Below are positions 53,861-63,300 of a DNA stretch of 64,000 nucleotides, piece by piece. The stretch is from positions 25,362 through 89,361 of IMG/VR virus record IMGVR_UViG_3300047322_000556; one strand, 5' to 3'. A model generated the notes under the pieces. It searched no databases, was not told the DNA's origin, and worked only from the letters and a program-made list of their open reading frames with translations. Both the position numbers and the translations under genes were made by a program. The DNA is from a virus. Position 1 is the stretch's first letter, and every line of letters starts with the position of its first letter.

Positions 53861-54673
53861 ATGAGCGCGCAGTACAAAATCAGCGTCGAGCTCGCGCCTG
53901 TTCTGGACATGCTTCAGGCGCAGGCTGAGACGCTGCTCGGGCGCGTCGCCGAGACGGTGCAGACCTTTGGCGAAGCGGCCACGCAGCAGTGGAAGGGCGC
54001 CGTCATGAACGCGCCGGGCATCTGGGTCGGCGAGAAGCAGGCATACGCCAAGTCGATCGAGTGGTACAACAGCGGCCCGTTCGAAGTGACGGTCGAAGCA
54101 GGCTATGCGAAGGCCGACGAGATTGAAAACGGCCGCCCGGCGCGCGATCTGAAGGACGCGCTCAAGACGTCGCTGCGCGTGCGCGTGGCGAAGGGCGGAA
54201 AGCACAAGGGGCAGCGCTACCTCATTATTCCTTTCCGGCACAACACGCCGGGCTACGACGCGCATGCCGACGCCATGCCCGCCGATATCTACGAAGTCGC
54301 GTCGCAAATGAAGCCGTCGCGCATTACCGGCACGCGCATCGTCGCGAATCAGCAGGGCGCCGTTAAAAACGGCTTCCCGGTGATGATCCATCGCAATAAA
54401 TACAAGTGGGGCGAAAGCCTTCCGTCCGGGCTCGTGCCGAAAAAGAAGAGCTATCATGCGACCGATATCTATGCGGGCATGGTGCGCATGAAAACGAACG
54501 CGAGCGAATCGCCGACGTCGAGCGCCTATCTGACGTTCCGCATCATGGGCGAGTGGTCGAGCGGCTGGATCAGGAAGCCCGAACCGGGCCGCTATATCGC
54601 GAAGGGCGTCGCTGACGCGCTCGGGCCGAAGTTCGATACCGCGATTCAGAAAGCGCTGGAGATGGGCGGCTAA
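53861..54673 (+). CDS. neck/tail completion protein
   Basis: IENG..ARDLK, YLIIPFRH, YLTFR..G..S.GWI. Confidence 0.7.
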   Translation: MSAQYKISVELAPVLDMLQAQAETLLGRVAETVQTFGEAATQQWKGAVMNAPGIWVGEKQAYAKSIEWYNSGPFEVTVEAGYAKADEIENGRPARDLKDALKTSLRVRVAKGGKHKGQRYLIIPFRHNTPGYDAHADAMPADIYEVASQMKPSRITGTRIVANQQGAVKNGFPVMIHRNKYKWGESLPSGLVPKKKSYHATDIYAGMVRMKTNASESPTSSAYLTFRIMGEWSSGWIRKPEPGRYIAKGVADALGPKFDTAIQKALEMGG

Positions 54674-54678
54674 AACAA

Positions 54679-54694
54679 GTCGTGACGCAACAGT
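54679..54694 (+). promoter_or_regulatory. late promoter motif (leaderless spacing)
   Basis: GTCGTGACGCAACAGT; ATG 7 nt after the conserved T. Confidence 0.78.
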
Positions 54695-54700
54695 GGCGTC

Positions 54701-55516
54701 ATGATCTCGTTCCTTCTAGCACTCGCGGCAGGCAATGCCGTATCGGTCATTCTTCAGCCGCCGCAAGGCGCGCAGAAGTGTTCGGTGCTGCGCAAGGCGA
54801 CCAACGATATCGCAGGACTTTCGGACCCGGCGGCGACGCTCGTCTATACCGGCTCCGACACTTACTTCGTAGATACGTCCGGGCTCATCGACGGGCTCAC
54901 GTACTTCTATCAGCCGTTCTATTACGACGGCGCGCAATGGAGCGCTGGCGCCGTCGCATCGGTGGTGCCGCAGTGCTCCTTCGAATTCATCCAAACGGAC
55001 GTCCAGACGTTTCTGCGCGATCGCATCGCCGCAGGGCTCGATGCTGCCGTCGCGCGGCAGGCGATCTACCCGCAAAGCGGCGTGATTCCAGTGCTCACCG
55101 CATCGCCAGTGTTTGAGGACGTGAGCTTCCCGGTCGTGACGGTACACCTTCAATCAGACGGCTCTGCTGAGCGCGCGGTAGGCGAAGTGATTGGTGCTGA
55201 TGCGCGCGACGAAAGCATCGGGCAGTTCGAAGGATGGCTCAGCCGCTACCAGATCGCGATTGCGATTTCGAGCTTGAGCTCCGACGAGCGGATCACGTTG
55301 CGCAATCTCGTGAAGTCGATCGTGCAAGCCAACTTGCAGGTTTTTGAAGCCGCAGGGATGGAGTTAATCGATCTTCAGTTCTCCGATCAAGAGGATTTCA
55401 CGACTTACAACGTGCCGATGTTTCAGTCGCTCGGCGCCTTCTCGTGCGTGGCTCCCGCCTCGATTCAGGCAACGGTCGCGCCGATCGAAGAGATCGAATC
55501 CAACTATCAATTTTGA
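54701..55516 (+). CDS. tail terminator-like protein with N-terminal FN3-like domain
   Basis: FVDT.GL..G.TYFY; FPVVTVHLQSD; upstream of the sheath gene. Confidence 0.6.
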   Translation: MISFLLALAAGNAVSVILQPPQGAQKCSVLRKATNDIAGLSDPAATLVYTGSDTYFVDTSGLIDGLTYFYQPFYYDGAQWSAGAVASVVPQCSFEFIQTDVQTFLRDRIAAGLDAAVARQAIYPQSGVIPVLTASPVFEDVSFPVVTVHLQSDGSAERAVGEVIGADARDESIGQFEGWLSRYQIAIAISSLSSDERITLRNLVKSIVQANLQVFEAAGMELIDLQFSDQEDFTTYNVPMFQSLGAFSCVAPASIQATVAPIEEIESNYQF

Positions 55517-55525
55517 CGAAAGGGA

Positions 55526-55822
55526 ATGTCCATGCCCAAGGCTGACGACACCACGAGCACGGCCGATATCGCTGCCGCCGCGACCGTGACGCAAGACGCC
55601 GCGCCCGCCGCGACGACCACGCTCTACACGAATACCGGCCCGGAGACGGTGACGGAATTCGCTCAGGGCATCGAAGAATTCTGCGCGAATTTGTCCGCGA
55701 CTGACCGCCGCATCGAAATGATCGGCGCGTTCTATCGCGTCGAGATGGCCGCCGGTCGAACGCGCGCGCTTCCGTCCGAATTCAAGGACCGCTATTCGGC
55801 GTTCCTGACTCAGCCCGCTTAA
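55526..55822 (+). CDS. small tail-associated protein
   Basis: 98 aa, directly before the sheath gene. Confidence 0.65.
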   Translation: MSMPKADDTTSTADIAAAATVTQDAAPAATTTLYTNTGPETVTEFAQGIEEFCANLSATDRRIEMIGAFYRVEMAAGRTRALPSEFKDRYSAFLTQPA

Positions 55823-55835
55823 CCGGAGACTCCTT

Positions 55836-57554
55836 ATGAGTGGTTTGTTTTTCAACGGGCGGCTTTACACGAGCCCGGCCGTCGTCAGCGCAGTTGACGA
55901 TTCGGCAATGAACGATCAAGGCGCCAGCGTTGGTAACTCGCTGCTGCTGATCGGTCAATCGACGGGCGGTGCGCCCAACACCGTGCTCAAGTTCGGCTCG
56001 CCCGCCGAGGCGATCGCGGGCTTGCGCGGCGGCGAGCTCATGGAAGCGTGCCGCAAAGCGTTCTCGCCGAGCGCAGAGACGGGCGGCCCGGCTACGGTCT
56101 ACGCGATTCGCGTGAACCCGGCCGTGCAATCCACGCTCACGCTCAACGACGCGACGAGCACGCCGACGATCGGCCTTTCGACGGACGACTACGGTCTTTA
56201 CACCAACAATATCAAGGTGAAGATCGAAAACGCGACGACGAAGGGGCTCAAGCTCACGACGCAGCTCGGCAACGATTACACGTCGGCCGACAACGTCTAT
56301 CGCGATGCGTTCTCGGTGCAGTACTCGGGCACACAAGCCAGCGCGACGATGACCGTGACGGACTCGGCAATCACGCTGTTCGCGCCCGCCGCGACGCCGG
56401 TGCAGACGATCGATCTGACGCAATTCCCGACGATTCAGCAAGTCGTGGATCGCATCAATGCCGTGAACGGCTTCGCGGCGACGGTGCTCGACGGTAACGG
56501 CTCGCTGGCGGCTCTCAACGGTCTGGACTCGGTCGCGACGCAAGACGTCAAGACGGCGCTCTACACGGCTTCGGCGAACCTGCAGGCGGTCATCGACTGG
56601 TTCAATAGCGCATCGAGCCCGTATGTGAACGCATCGCGGCTCGCTGGCTCGGGCAAGGTTCCGGCGATCATGCCGTTCGCCTATCTGTCGGGCGGCTCGG
56701 ACGGTATCACGACCAACTCCGAATGGTCGGACGCCTTCACGACGGCGCAAACCGCCGATGTGCAATGGCTCACGCCGCTGTCGAGCAATCCCGCGATCGC
56801 CGCGATGGCTGACGCTCACGCGCAGTACATGAGCTCGGTCGCACGCATGGAACGCCGCGCAATCAACGGCACGGCACTCGGCACGAGCGATACCGCCGCT
56901 GTCACGGCCGCCAAGGCGCTCAATTCCGATCGTTCGGGCCTCGTGCATCTCGGCCACTACGGTTACGACATCAACGGCAACTACGTGCTGTTCCAGCCGT
57001 ATATGACCGCTGCGCTCGTCGCCGCTGGCTTCGCCGGTCTGTCGCCGGGCGAAACGATGACGAACAAGTCGCTGTCCGTCTCGGGCTGGGAGCGCACGCT
57101 GCGCAATCCGACCGATACCGACGCGCTGATCTTGGGCGGCGTCATCCCGGTCGAAAGCAACTCGCGCGGCTACATGGTCACGAAGGCGGTTTCGACGTGG
57201 CTCACCAACAGCAACTACAACCGCGTCGAGCTGTCGTGCGGCGCGGCTGTGGACTACACGCTGCGCAGTGTTCGCGATGCAGTCGCGCCGATGCTCGGCA
57301 AGGGCGGCACGCCGCTCACGCTCGCGGCGATCCACGCGCGCGCCGAGTCGGCTCTGCGCCTGTGCGCGACGCCTGCGCCGGGTGGTCCCGGCGTGTTGGT
57401 CGGCGATAAGGCTAATCCGGCCTACAAGAACCTCACGGTTTCGCTCGCGGGCGACAAGGTGGCGATCAGCTTCCAAGCAAGCCCGGTGATTCCGGTCAAT
57501 TACGAGTCTGTGCTCATGTACGCGGTTCCGTACAGCGGCACGGCGTCGGCATAA
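55836..57554 (+). CDS. contractile tail sheath protein
   Basis: LLIGQSTGG.PN, A...LRGGEL, YLSGGSDG, RMERR, TNK; 572 aa. Confidence 0.92.
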   Translation: MSGLFFNGRLYTSPAVVSAVDDSAMNDQGASVGNSLLLIGQSTGGAPNTVLKFGSPAEAIAGLRGGELMEACRKAFSPSAETGGPATVYAIRVNPAVQSTLTLNDATSTPTIGLSTDDYGLYTNNIKVKIENATTKGLKLTTQLGNDYTSADNVYRDAFSVQYSGTQASATMTVTDSAITLFAPAATPVQTIDLTQFPTIQQVVDRINAVNGFAATVLDGNGSLAALNGLDSVATQDVKTALYTASANLQAVIDWFNSASSPYVNASRLAGSGKVPAIMPFAYLSGGSDGITTNSEWSDAFTTAQTADVQWLTPLSSNPAIAAMADAHAQYMSSVARMERRAINGTALGTSDTAAVTAAKALNSDRSGLVHLGHYGYDINGNYVLFQPYMTAALVAAGFAGLSPGETMTNKSLSVSGWERTLRNPTDTDALILGGVIPVESNSRGYMVTKAVSTWLTNSNYNRVELSCGAAVDYTLRSVRDAVAPMLGKGGTPLTLAAIHARAESALRLCATPAPGGPGVLVGDKANPAYKNLTVSLAGDKVAISFQASPVIPVNYESVLMYAVPYSGTASA

Positions 57555-57568
57555 GGAGGGCGCGATAG

Positions 57569-57991
57569 ATGCGTACCAACGTTAAGACGCGCAGCGGCAA
57601 CCGGGTCGTCGTGCAGTTCGACGGCAACACGGTCGGCTTGCTGCAAAACATCCGCATGTCGGATGACTACGGCTTGCAAGAAGCAAGCGGCATCGGCGAT
57701 ATCCACGTCATCGAGTGGGTGCCGGGCATGGCGCGTCACCAAGTCTCGGCCGAGACGATGGTGCTCTTCAGCGGCGCGCTGCGCGATTTGGGCCTCGCGC
57801 CCGAAAACGGCGACGCGGTGCTCGAAGGCGCGGTTTTCGACATTTGCGTTATGTCGAAGGACGACGGCAGTGTGCTGCGCAAGATCGTTTCCTGCTCGTT
57901 CGCGAGCGGTGACACGACCGTGAGCAAGCACGCGATCATTACGACCAACTGCCAGTTCAACGCGCTCGACGTGTCGGGCTCGAAGCTGTAA
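57569..57991 (+). CDS. tail tube protein
   Basis: SGNRV..FDG..VG..Q...DDYG....GIG.I...E; follows the sheath gene. Confidence 0.85.
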   Translation: MRTNVKTRSGNRVVVQFDGNTVGLLQNIRMSDDYGLQEASGIGDIHVIEWVPGMARHQVSAETMVLFSGALRDLGLAPENGDAVLEGAVFDICVMSKDDGSVLRKIVSCSFASGDTTVSKHAIITTNCQFNALDVSGSKL

Positions 57992-58005
57992 CGGTGGGGG
58001 CGCGA

Positions 58006-58308
58006 ATGAAGAATACTCTTCGTCGCGCCCGGCATGATTGGCGACTGTGGGCGCTGCTGATTCCGGCAGCGCTCATTTTGTTTACCAACGTGCCGGTCGC
58101 ACTCACCATCGGCTATTCGTTCGCCGTCGTCGTGTTTTTCGCGGCCGCGTCGCATGTGCTGCGCAAGGTGCTCTTCCCGTATGTGGATCTGCGCCAGCTC
58201 GTAGAAATGGCATCGAATCAGCCGCTTCCTTCCGCGATCGTGTTTCTCGCCGTCGCGCTCGTGCTCAGCAGCATTTTCATCGCGAACGCGATATGGCTGT
58301 CGCACTGA
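58006..58308 (+). CDS. probable holin
   Basis: Three hydrophobic segments, HVLRKVLFPYVDL; precedes the endolysin. Confidence 0.75.
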   Translation: MKNTLRRARHDWRLWALLIPAALILFTNVPVALTIGYSFAVVVFFAAASHVLRKVLFPYVDLRQLVEMASNQPLPSAIVFLAVALVLSSIFIANAIWLSH

Positions 58309-58931
58309 CGCCGCCGGACGCCTCGCTCGCCTATCTGCCCGTCGTGCGCGCCGAGCTCGTCGTGCTGTGGCCGGATCATCCGCATCCGGCCTATATCCCC
58401 GCGCAGATTGAGCAAGAGACGTGTCCGTCGCTCAAAAGCAAGCTGTGCTGGAACCCGCGCGCCGAGCTCAAGACGTCCCGCGAGTACGGCTTCGGGCTCG
58501 GGCAGCTCACTGTCACGTCGCGCTTCAATAACTTCGAAGAGTCGAAGAAGTGGGACAAGTCCCTGCGCGACTGGCAATGGAGCGATCGCTTTGACGCGAA
58601 GTATCAGGCGCGCGCGCTCATCGCGTATGACCGGCTGCTCTTTCGTCAGGTGAGGGGTGCGGCCGACGCCGAAAACCAGTATGCCTTCGCGCTGTCTGCG
58701 TACAACGGCGGGCTCGGCGGGCTGCTGAAGGATCGCGAGCTGTGCCGCAACACGCGCGGCTGCGATTCGTCGCGCTGGTGGGGCAACGTCGAGCACACGA
58801 GCCTGAAGGCGAAAACGGCCGTCAAGGGCTACGGACAGAGCTTTTTCAAAGTCAATCGCGACTACGTGGTGAACGTCATGCGCCTGCGCGCGCCGCGCTA
58901 CGAGTCGTCCATGAAGGAGATTCGCAAATGA
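58293..58931 (+). CDS. endolysin, SLT-type lytic transglycosylase
   Basis: QIEQET (catalytic Glu), GLGQ, AYNGG, NRDYV. Confidence 0.88.
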   Translation: MAVALTPPDASLAYLPVVRAELVVLWPDHPHPAYIPAQIEQETCPSLKSKLCWNPRAELKTSREYGFGLGQLTVTSRFNNFEESKKWDKSLRDWQWSDRFDAKYQARALIAYDRLLFRQVRGAADAENQYAFALSAYNGGLGGLLKDRELCRNTRGCDSSRWWGNVEHTSLKAKTAVKGYGQSFFKVNRDYVVNVMRLRAPRYESSMKEIRK

Positions 58932-59467
58932 TCTGGCTGGCTATTGTGCTATCCGTCGCGGCGCTCGCCGCGCTGCGCTGGCTGTGGGCTGTCCCGCTCG
59001 CACGCCGCGCGCTCATCGCCGTGCTCATCGGCGCCGTGCTGGCCGTGTGCGGCTACGTGCAGGGCGCTGCGCACGTCACGAAGCAGTGGAACGAGGCGAA
59101 GGCGAAGCAGGCCGCCGCCGTCGCGAAAGTCGAAACGAAGCAGGCCGAGGCGACTGTGAAAGTCGTCACGCAATACGTCGATCGCGTGCAAGTGGTGCGC
59201 GAGAGAGGCAAAACCATCACTCAACAGGTGACGAAATATGTACCGCTATCTGCTCCCGCTCTGCCTTATGGCTTCCGGCTGCTCCACGACGCTGCCGCAA
59301 GCGGTGTGCCCCTTCCCGACGCCGCCGCAAGTCTTGATGGCCCGTCCGTCTCCGCTCAAGACGTTGCCTCAACCGTCTCCGACAACTACGCCAGTTGTCG
59401 CGCCGAGTACGAAAAGCTGACGAGCCTGCAAGACTGGATCAGCGAGCAACAGGCGGCGACGAAATAG
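58928..59467 (+). CDS. Rz-like inner-membrane spanin
   Basis: N-terminal transmembrane segments, VVTQYVDRVQVV, GFRLLHDAAA, NY..C. Confidence 0.85.
   Translation: MIWLAIVLSVAALAALRWLWAVPLARRALIAVLIGAVLAVCGYVQGAAHVTKQWNEAKAKQAAAVAKVETKQAEATVKVVTQYVDRVQVVRERGKTITQQVTKYVPLSAPALPYGFRLLHDAAASGVPLPDAAASLDGPSVSAQDVASTVSDNYASCRAEYEKLTSLQDWISEQQAATK
59238..59420 (+). CDS. Rz1-like outer-membrane spanin lipoprotein (embedded)
   Basis: Lipobox MASGC, Pro-rich, nested in another frame of the i-spanin. Confidence 0.8.
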   Translation: MYRYLLPLCLMASGCSTTLPQAVCPFPTPPQVLMARPSPLKTLPQPSPTTTPVVAPSTKS

Positions 59468-59477
59468 CACGCGCCAA

Positions 59478-59493
59478 GTCGTGACTCGACACT
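59478..59493 (+). promoter_or_regulatory. late promoter motif
   Basis: GTCGTGACTCGACACT. Confidence 0.72.
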
Positions 59494-59494
59494 G

Positions 59495-59523
59495 AAAGGG
59501 CGATCAATCCGATCGCCCTTTTT
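59495..59523 (+). terminator. intrinsic terminator of the lysis transcript
   Basis: AAAGGGCGATC-AATCC-GATCGCCCTTTTT. Confidence 0.75.
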
Positions 59524-59534
59524 GCATCTGAAAC

Positions 59535-59741
59535 ATGGATCAATTCGATCGCGCATCCGAGCTGGAAGAAAAGACCCGCGCCGCTGACATAGCTGCCGCG
59601 CTTGCCGCGAAGAAGCTCAAGCCGACGCATTACTGCCACTACTGCTACGAGCCGGTCGAAGCCGCGCTGCTCTTCTGTGATACGGGCTGTCGCGACGACT
59701 ATGAAAAAGAAGCGCGACATAAGCGCATCAACGGCCGATAA
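59535..59741 (+). CDS. DksA/TraR-like C4 zinc-finger protein
   Basis: MDQFDRASELE acidic tip, CHYC..FCD..C. Confidence 0.7.
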   Translation: MDQFDRASELEEKTRAADIAAALAAKKLKPTHYCHYCYEPVEAALLFCDTGCRDDYEKEARHKRINGR

Positions 59742-59750
59742 GGACACCCC

Positions 59751-60164
59751 ATGCGTCAACCATCCGATACCGATTTTTACGTGGAAGTGCCGAACGTCGG
59801 CACGTTTCGTTTCGCGCGCCGGACCTACGGCGACAAAATCCGCATTCGCTCCGAATACCTTCGTCTCGTGAAGGACTTCGGCGACGACGATCCGGACATT
59901 CGCGCGCAAGCCGCGATCATCTCCGCGCACAAGGCGCTCTGTGTCGAAGCGCCCGCCGGATGGGAGGACTTGGAGCATCTCGATATGGCTTCGGTGCCGG
60001 ACGCAGAGGGCCGCGTGCTCGACGTGTACCTCGCGCTGAAGGCAAAGGAGGACTCCTTTCGACGACCCGCGCGAGCAAACCCGCCGGGCGAAGCGAGCGG
60101 CACGGCAAACGTACAAGACGATCTGCTTCTGGTTCCGTCAGAAGTACAACCTGTCGCCTCGTGA
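59751..60164 (+). CDS. tail assembly chaperone (short form)
   Basis: Lies before the tape measure gene; contains TCC TTT CGA at 60054-60062. Confidence 0.8.
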   Translation: MRQPSDTDFYVEVPNVGTFRFARRTYGDKIRIRSEYLRLVKDFGDDDPDIRAQAAIISAHKALCVEAPAGWEDLEHLDMASVPDAEGRVLDVYLALKAKEDSFRRPARANPPGEASGTANVQDDLLLVPSEVQPVAS

Positions 60165-60351
60165 CCCGCGCTTTCTGGAGCTGACGCCCGAAGAAGTCGA
60201 AACCGAGTACTACGCGCATGAGTTCGCCTCGCGCCCGCCTGCGTCGGAAGAGTTTGAAGACGACGACTTCGATACGGACGACATTCTTGAAACGCTCGAA
60301 GCGAATGACGGTGATTGGGAATCCCTCATAAATGACCAATACGCAGATTAA
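60058..60351 (+). CDS. tail assembly chaperone frameshift extension (+1 frame)
   Basis: Frame without an ATG start: FDDPREQ...WFRQKYNLSPRDPRFLELTPEE...; opens just after a stop at 60037-60039. Confidence 0.75.
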   Translation, partial: FDDPREQTRRAKRAARQTYKTICFWFRQKYNLSPRDPRFLELTPEEVETEYYAHEFASRPPASEEFEDDDFDTDDILETLEANDGDWESLINDQYAD

Positions 60352-63300
60352 GTTTTCGGCGGATGCGTCGGCTGTAACGGCCGCGCTTCAAGCCGTCAAC
60401 GACAAGGCCGCCGAAGTCAACAGCACGCTCAACGCGGGCACGGTTGGCATCGATACCGACAAGGCGCAAAAGCAGCTCGACAACCTGCTTGATACCGTCG
60501 AACAGCTCACGCAGGCGACGCAGGAAGCGGCGAACGCCGGGCACGAGCTCGACTTCGATGACGTCGCCAAGTCGGCCGCCGACGCCGCGAAAGCGGCCGA
60601 AGATCTCGCCAATGCGCTCAACAGTCAGGGCGGTGGCGGCGGCTCGTCTGCGGTCAAGCAACAGGTCAACGATCTGAAGGGGCTCGCCGACACCATCGAG
60701 CGCGTGCGCAAGGTGCAGGAAGTGCTCGCGCAAGAAGGCATTCAGCTTTCTCGCCGTCAGACGATCGAAGCGAAAAAGCGTTACGACGAATGGCGCAAGT
60801 CGGGCGCGGCCGGTAGCGGCAAGATCAAAAACGTCGGCTTCGATGACTTTGTCGATGGCGGCTGGCGCAAGATGGCGCTCGCCGAAATTGATGCGCGGCG
60901 CTTCCGCCGTCAGGTGCTCTCGGCATCGGGCATCGACGTCGCGCCGATCACGCCGGGCGCCGCGCCCAAGGAACCGGCTGCGCCGCGCGAGCCGCGCGCA
61001 CCGCGCGAGCCGAAAGAGCCGACGCCGAAGCAGGTCAAGACGCTCGCGCAGTTCGCTGCGGGCGCAGTGCAAGACGCGATGGGCGGCGTCATGAATACGG
61101 CCGTGCCGGGCGGTGGCGGCATCGGCGGGCGCATCGTGGGCCGGGGCTTCGCAGAAGCGGCCGGAAGCGAAGGCGGGCTGCTCTCGGCCGGCGGGCTCGG
61201 TCGCATGGCGGCGGGGCTCGGCATCGGCGCGCTCGCGTTCGGCGCGGTGAAGGCAGTCGGCGCGATCAAGGACAAGGTCGGCGACGCGCAGGACGAATCG
61301 ACCGCCTATTCCGATCTGCGTCACGCGATGGGGCAGACAACGACCGATTTCGACACGCTGCGCGCTTCTCTGCGCGACGCCGCGCACGGGCTCGGTGTGG
61401 CGAATAACGAAGTCGTGCAGCTCGGCAGCCAGTTCGCCAAGATCGCGGGCGTCGCGCCCGGCCACGAGCGCGGGCTCGGCGACGACGTGCGCACGAGTAT
61501 CGGCTTTGCGCGCAGCTACGGGCTCGATCCATCGCAAGGCATCGGGCTTTTCGGGACTGCGCGCCACTTCGGCGCGACGAGCAACGATTCCGAGAACCGG
61601 CGGCTCGCCATGATGATCGGCGACGCGGTGGCGAAGGCGGGCAGCTTCGCAAAAATGGACGAGATGATTGCCGCCGTGACGGGCTTCACTGAGCGTGCCG
61701 CACGCTCGACGCTCGGCGCGGCGCCCGACATGAGCGCCTTTCTCGATGAAATGTCGAAGCTCACCGGGCTTCACATGAACGGGCTCGACACGAAGGGCGC
61801 CGCGAATATCGTCGGGCAAATGACGAATACGTGGCACGCGGGCGGCGGCATGGGCGAAGCGTCGAAGAATTTCCGCATGCGCTCGTTCACGAACGCGCTG
61901 CCGGGCTTCACGGCGTTCGATCTGGATTACGTCAATGCGATGGACCCGAATTCGACCGTCGCGCAGGCGTTCGGGCACGACTCGTCGGCCTATCGCATCG
62001 CCAGCACGCGGCACGACAAAAAGCGCATGGCGCAGCTCGACACCTACGTGAAAAAGTCGGGCAATCGCCGCCTTCAGGATATCGACGTCGATAGCATCAT
62101 CTCTGAGTACGGCAACGACACGACGCAGCTCGTGAGCGCGATCGCAAACCATACCGGGCTGAGCATTCCGCAGGCGAACGCGTATCTCGAAGCGCGCTCG
62201 TCGGGCCGCACGATCGGCACGACTGAGGCGCGACTGCGCTCGGCGGGCGTCGATCCGTCGTCTGTGCATGGCGACTATTCGATGCTCGCGCAGCTTACGG
62301 GCGCCGACGCGAAAGGTCTGCGCGACACGGCGCGCGGCTATCTGAAAGACGAGTCGCTGCCCGCCGGGCTGCGCGGCAAGCTGCAGGGCATCACAAACGA
62401 TGCGACGGACGGCAACGAGCAAGGCATCGAGACGCTGCGCACGGCGCTGATCCAGATTGCGGCGGCCGTATCGGCGCCGAAGGACGAAGGCCAGCGCGTG
62501 CGCGAAGCCGTCGTTGATCTGAAAAACGTCACGCAGGATATGGCGGCGCATCTCGTGCCGATGACGAACGACGTGCGCGAAGGCATTCTCGCGATCGCGC
62601 AGAAGCTCGCGCCGGACAGCGATCGACTGAAGGAAGTCGAAGCGCGCGAATTCACGCCGCAAGAGCGCGATCTGAAGTCGCAATACGAAGAGGCGAGCGC
62701 CGCGCGCGACGCTGCGATGCAGAATTCGGGCGCGGCGAAGGCGGCCGAAGTCGATGCGCAGATTGCCGATTTCCGCAAGCATCACAAGGGCAATGACCCG
62801 GCGACGAACGCGACGCTCAAGCGGCTCGAAGCGCAGAAGGCGCAATACCTGTCGTCCGAGTACTCGGCCAAGCAGCAGGCCGCGCTCGATGAGGCGAACC
62901 GCAAGCTCGCGGACGTGCGCGAGAAGGCCGCGAAGGACGCGCAAAACAGCGGCGTCTACTTCAAGGATTGGGCGACGCGCATCGCGGGCGGCGGCAGTGG
63001 CGCGGACGGGCGCGACGCGCGCCTCGGCGAACTCGCCGATCATCTCGGCGTCGGCGCGAACGCGCGCAGCGGCGGCCCGAACGGCAACGTCGCGGCGTTC
63101 AAGAAGCAATACGGCCATGCGGCCGAGATTGCAGCGAAGGAGCTCAAAGTCTCGCCCGACGTCGTGCTCGGCATGTGGGGCAACGAAACGGGGTGGGGCA
63201 AGCATATCGTTCCGGGCACGAACAACCTTGGCAACGTCAAGCAGTTCGACGGCGGCGGGGTGGAAGCGATCGACAATATGACCGGATCGCTCGACCGGTA

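Noticed and set aside
29192-55148. Partial GTCGTGA matches at 29192, 31140, 49640, 51267 and 55133
   Set aside because: They lack the downstream A-N3-T, and most are inside coding regions
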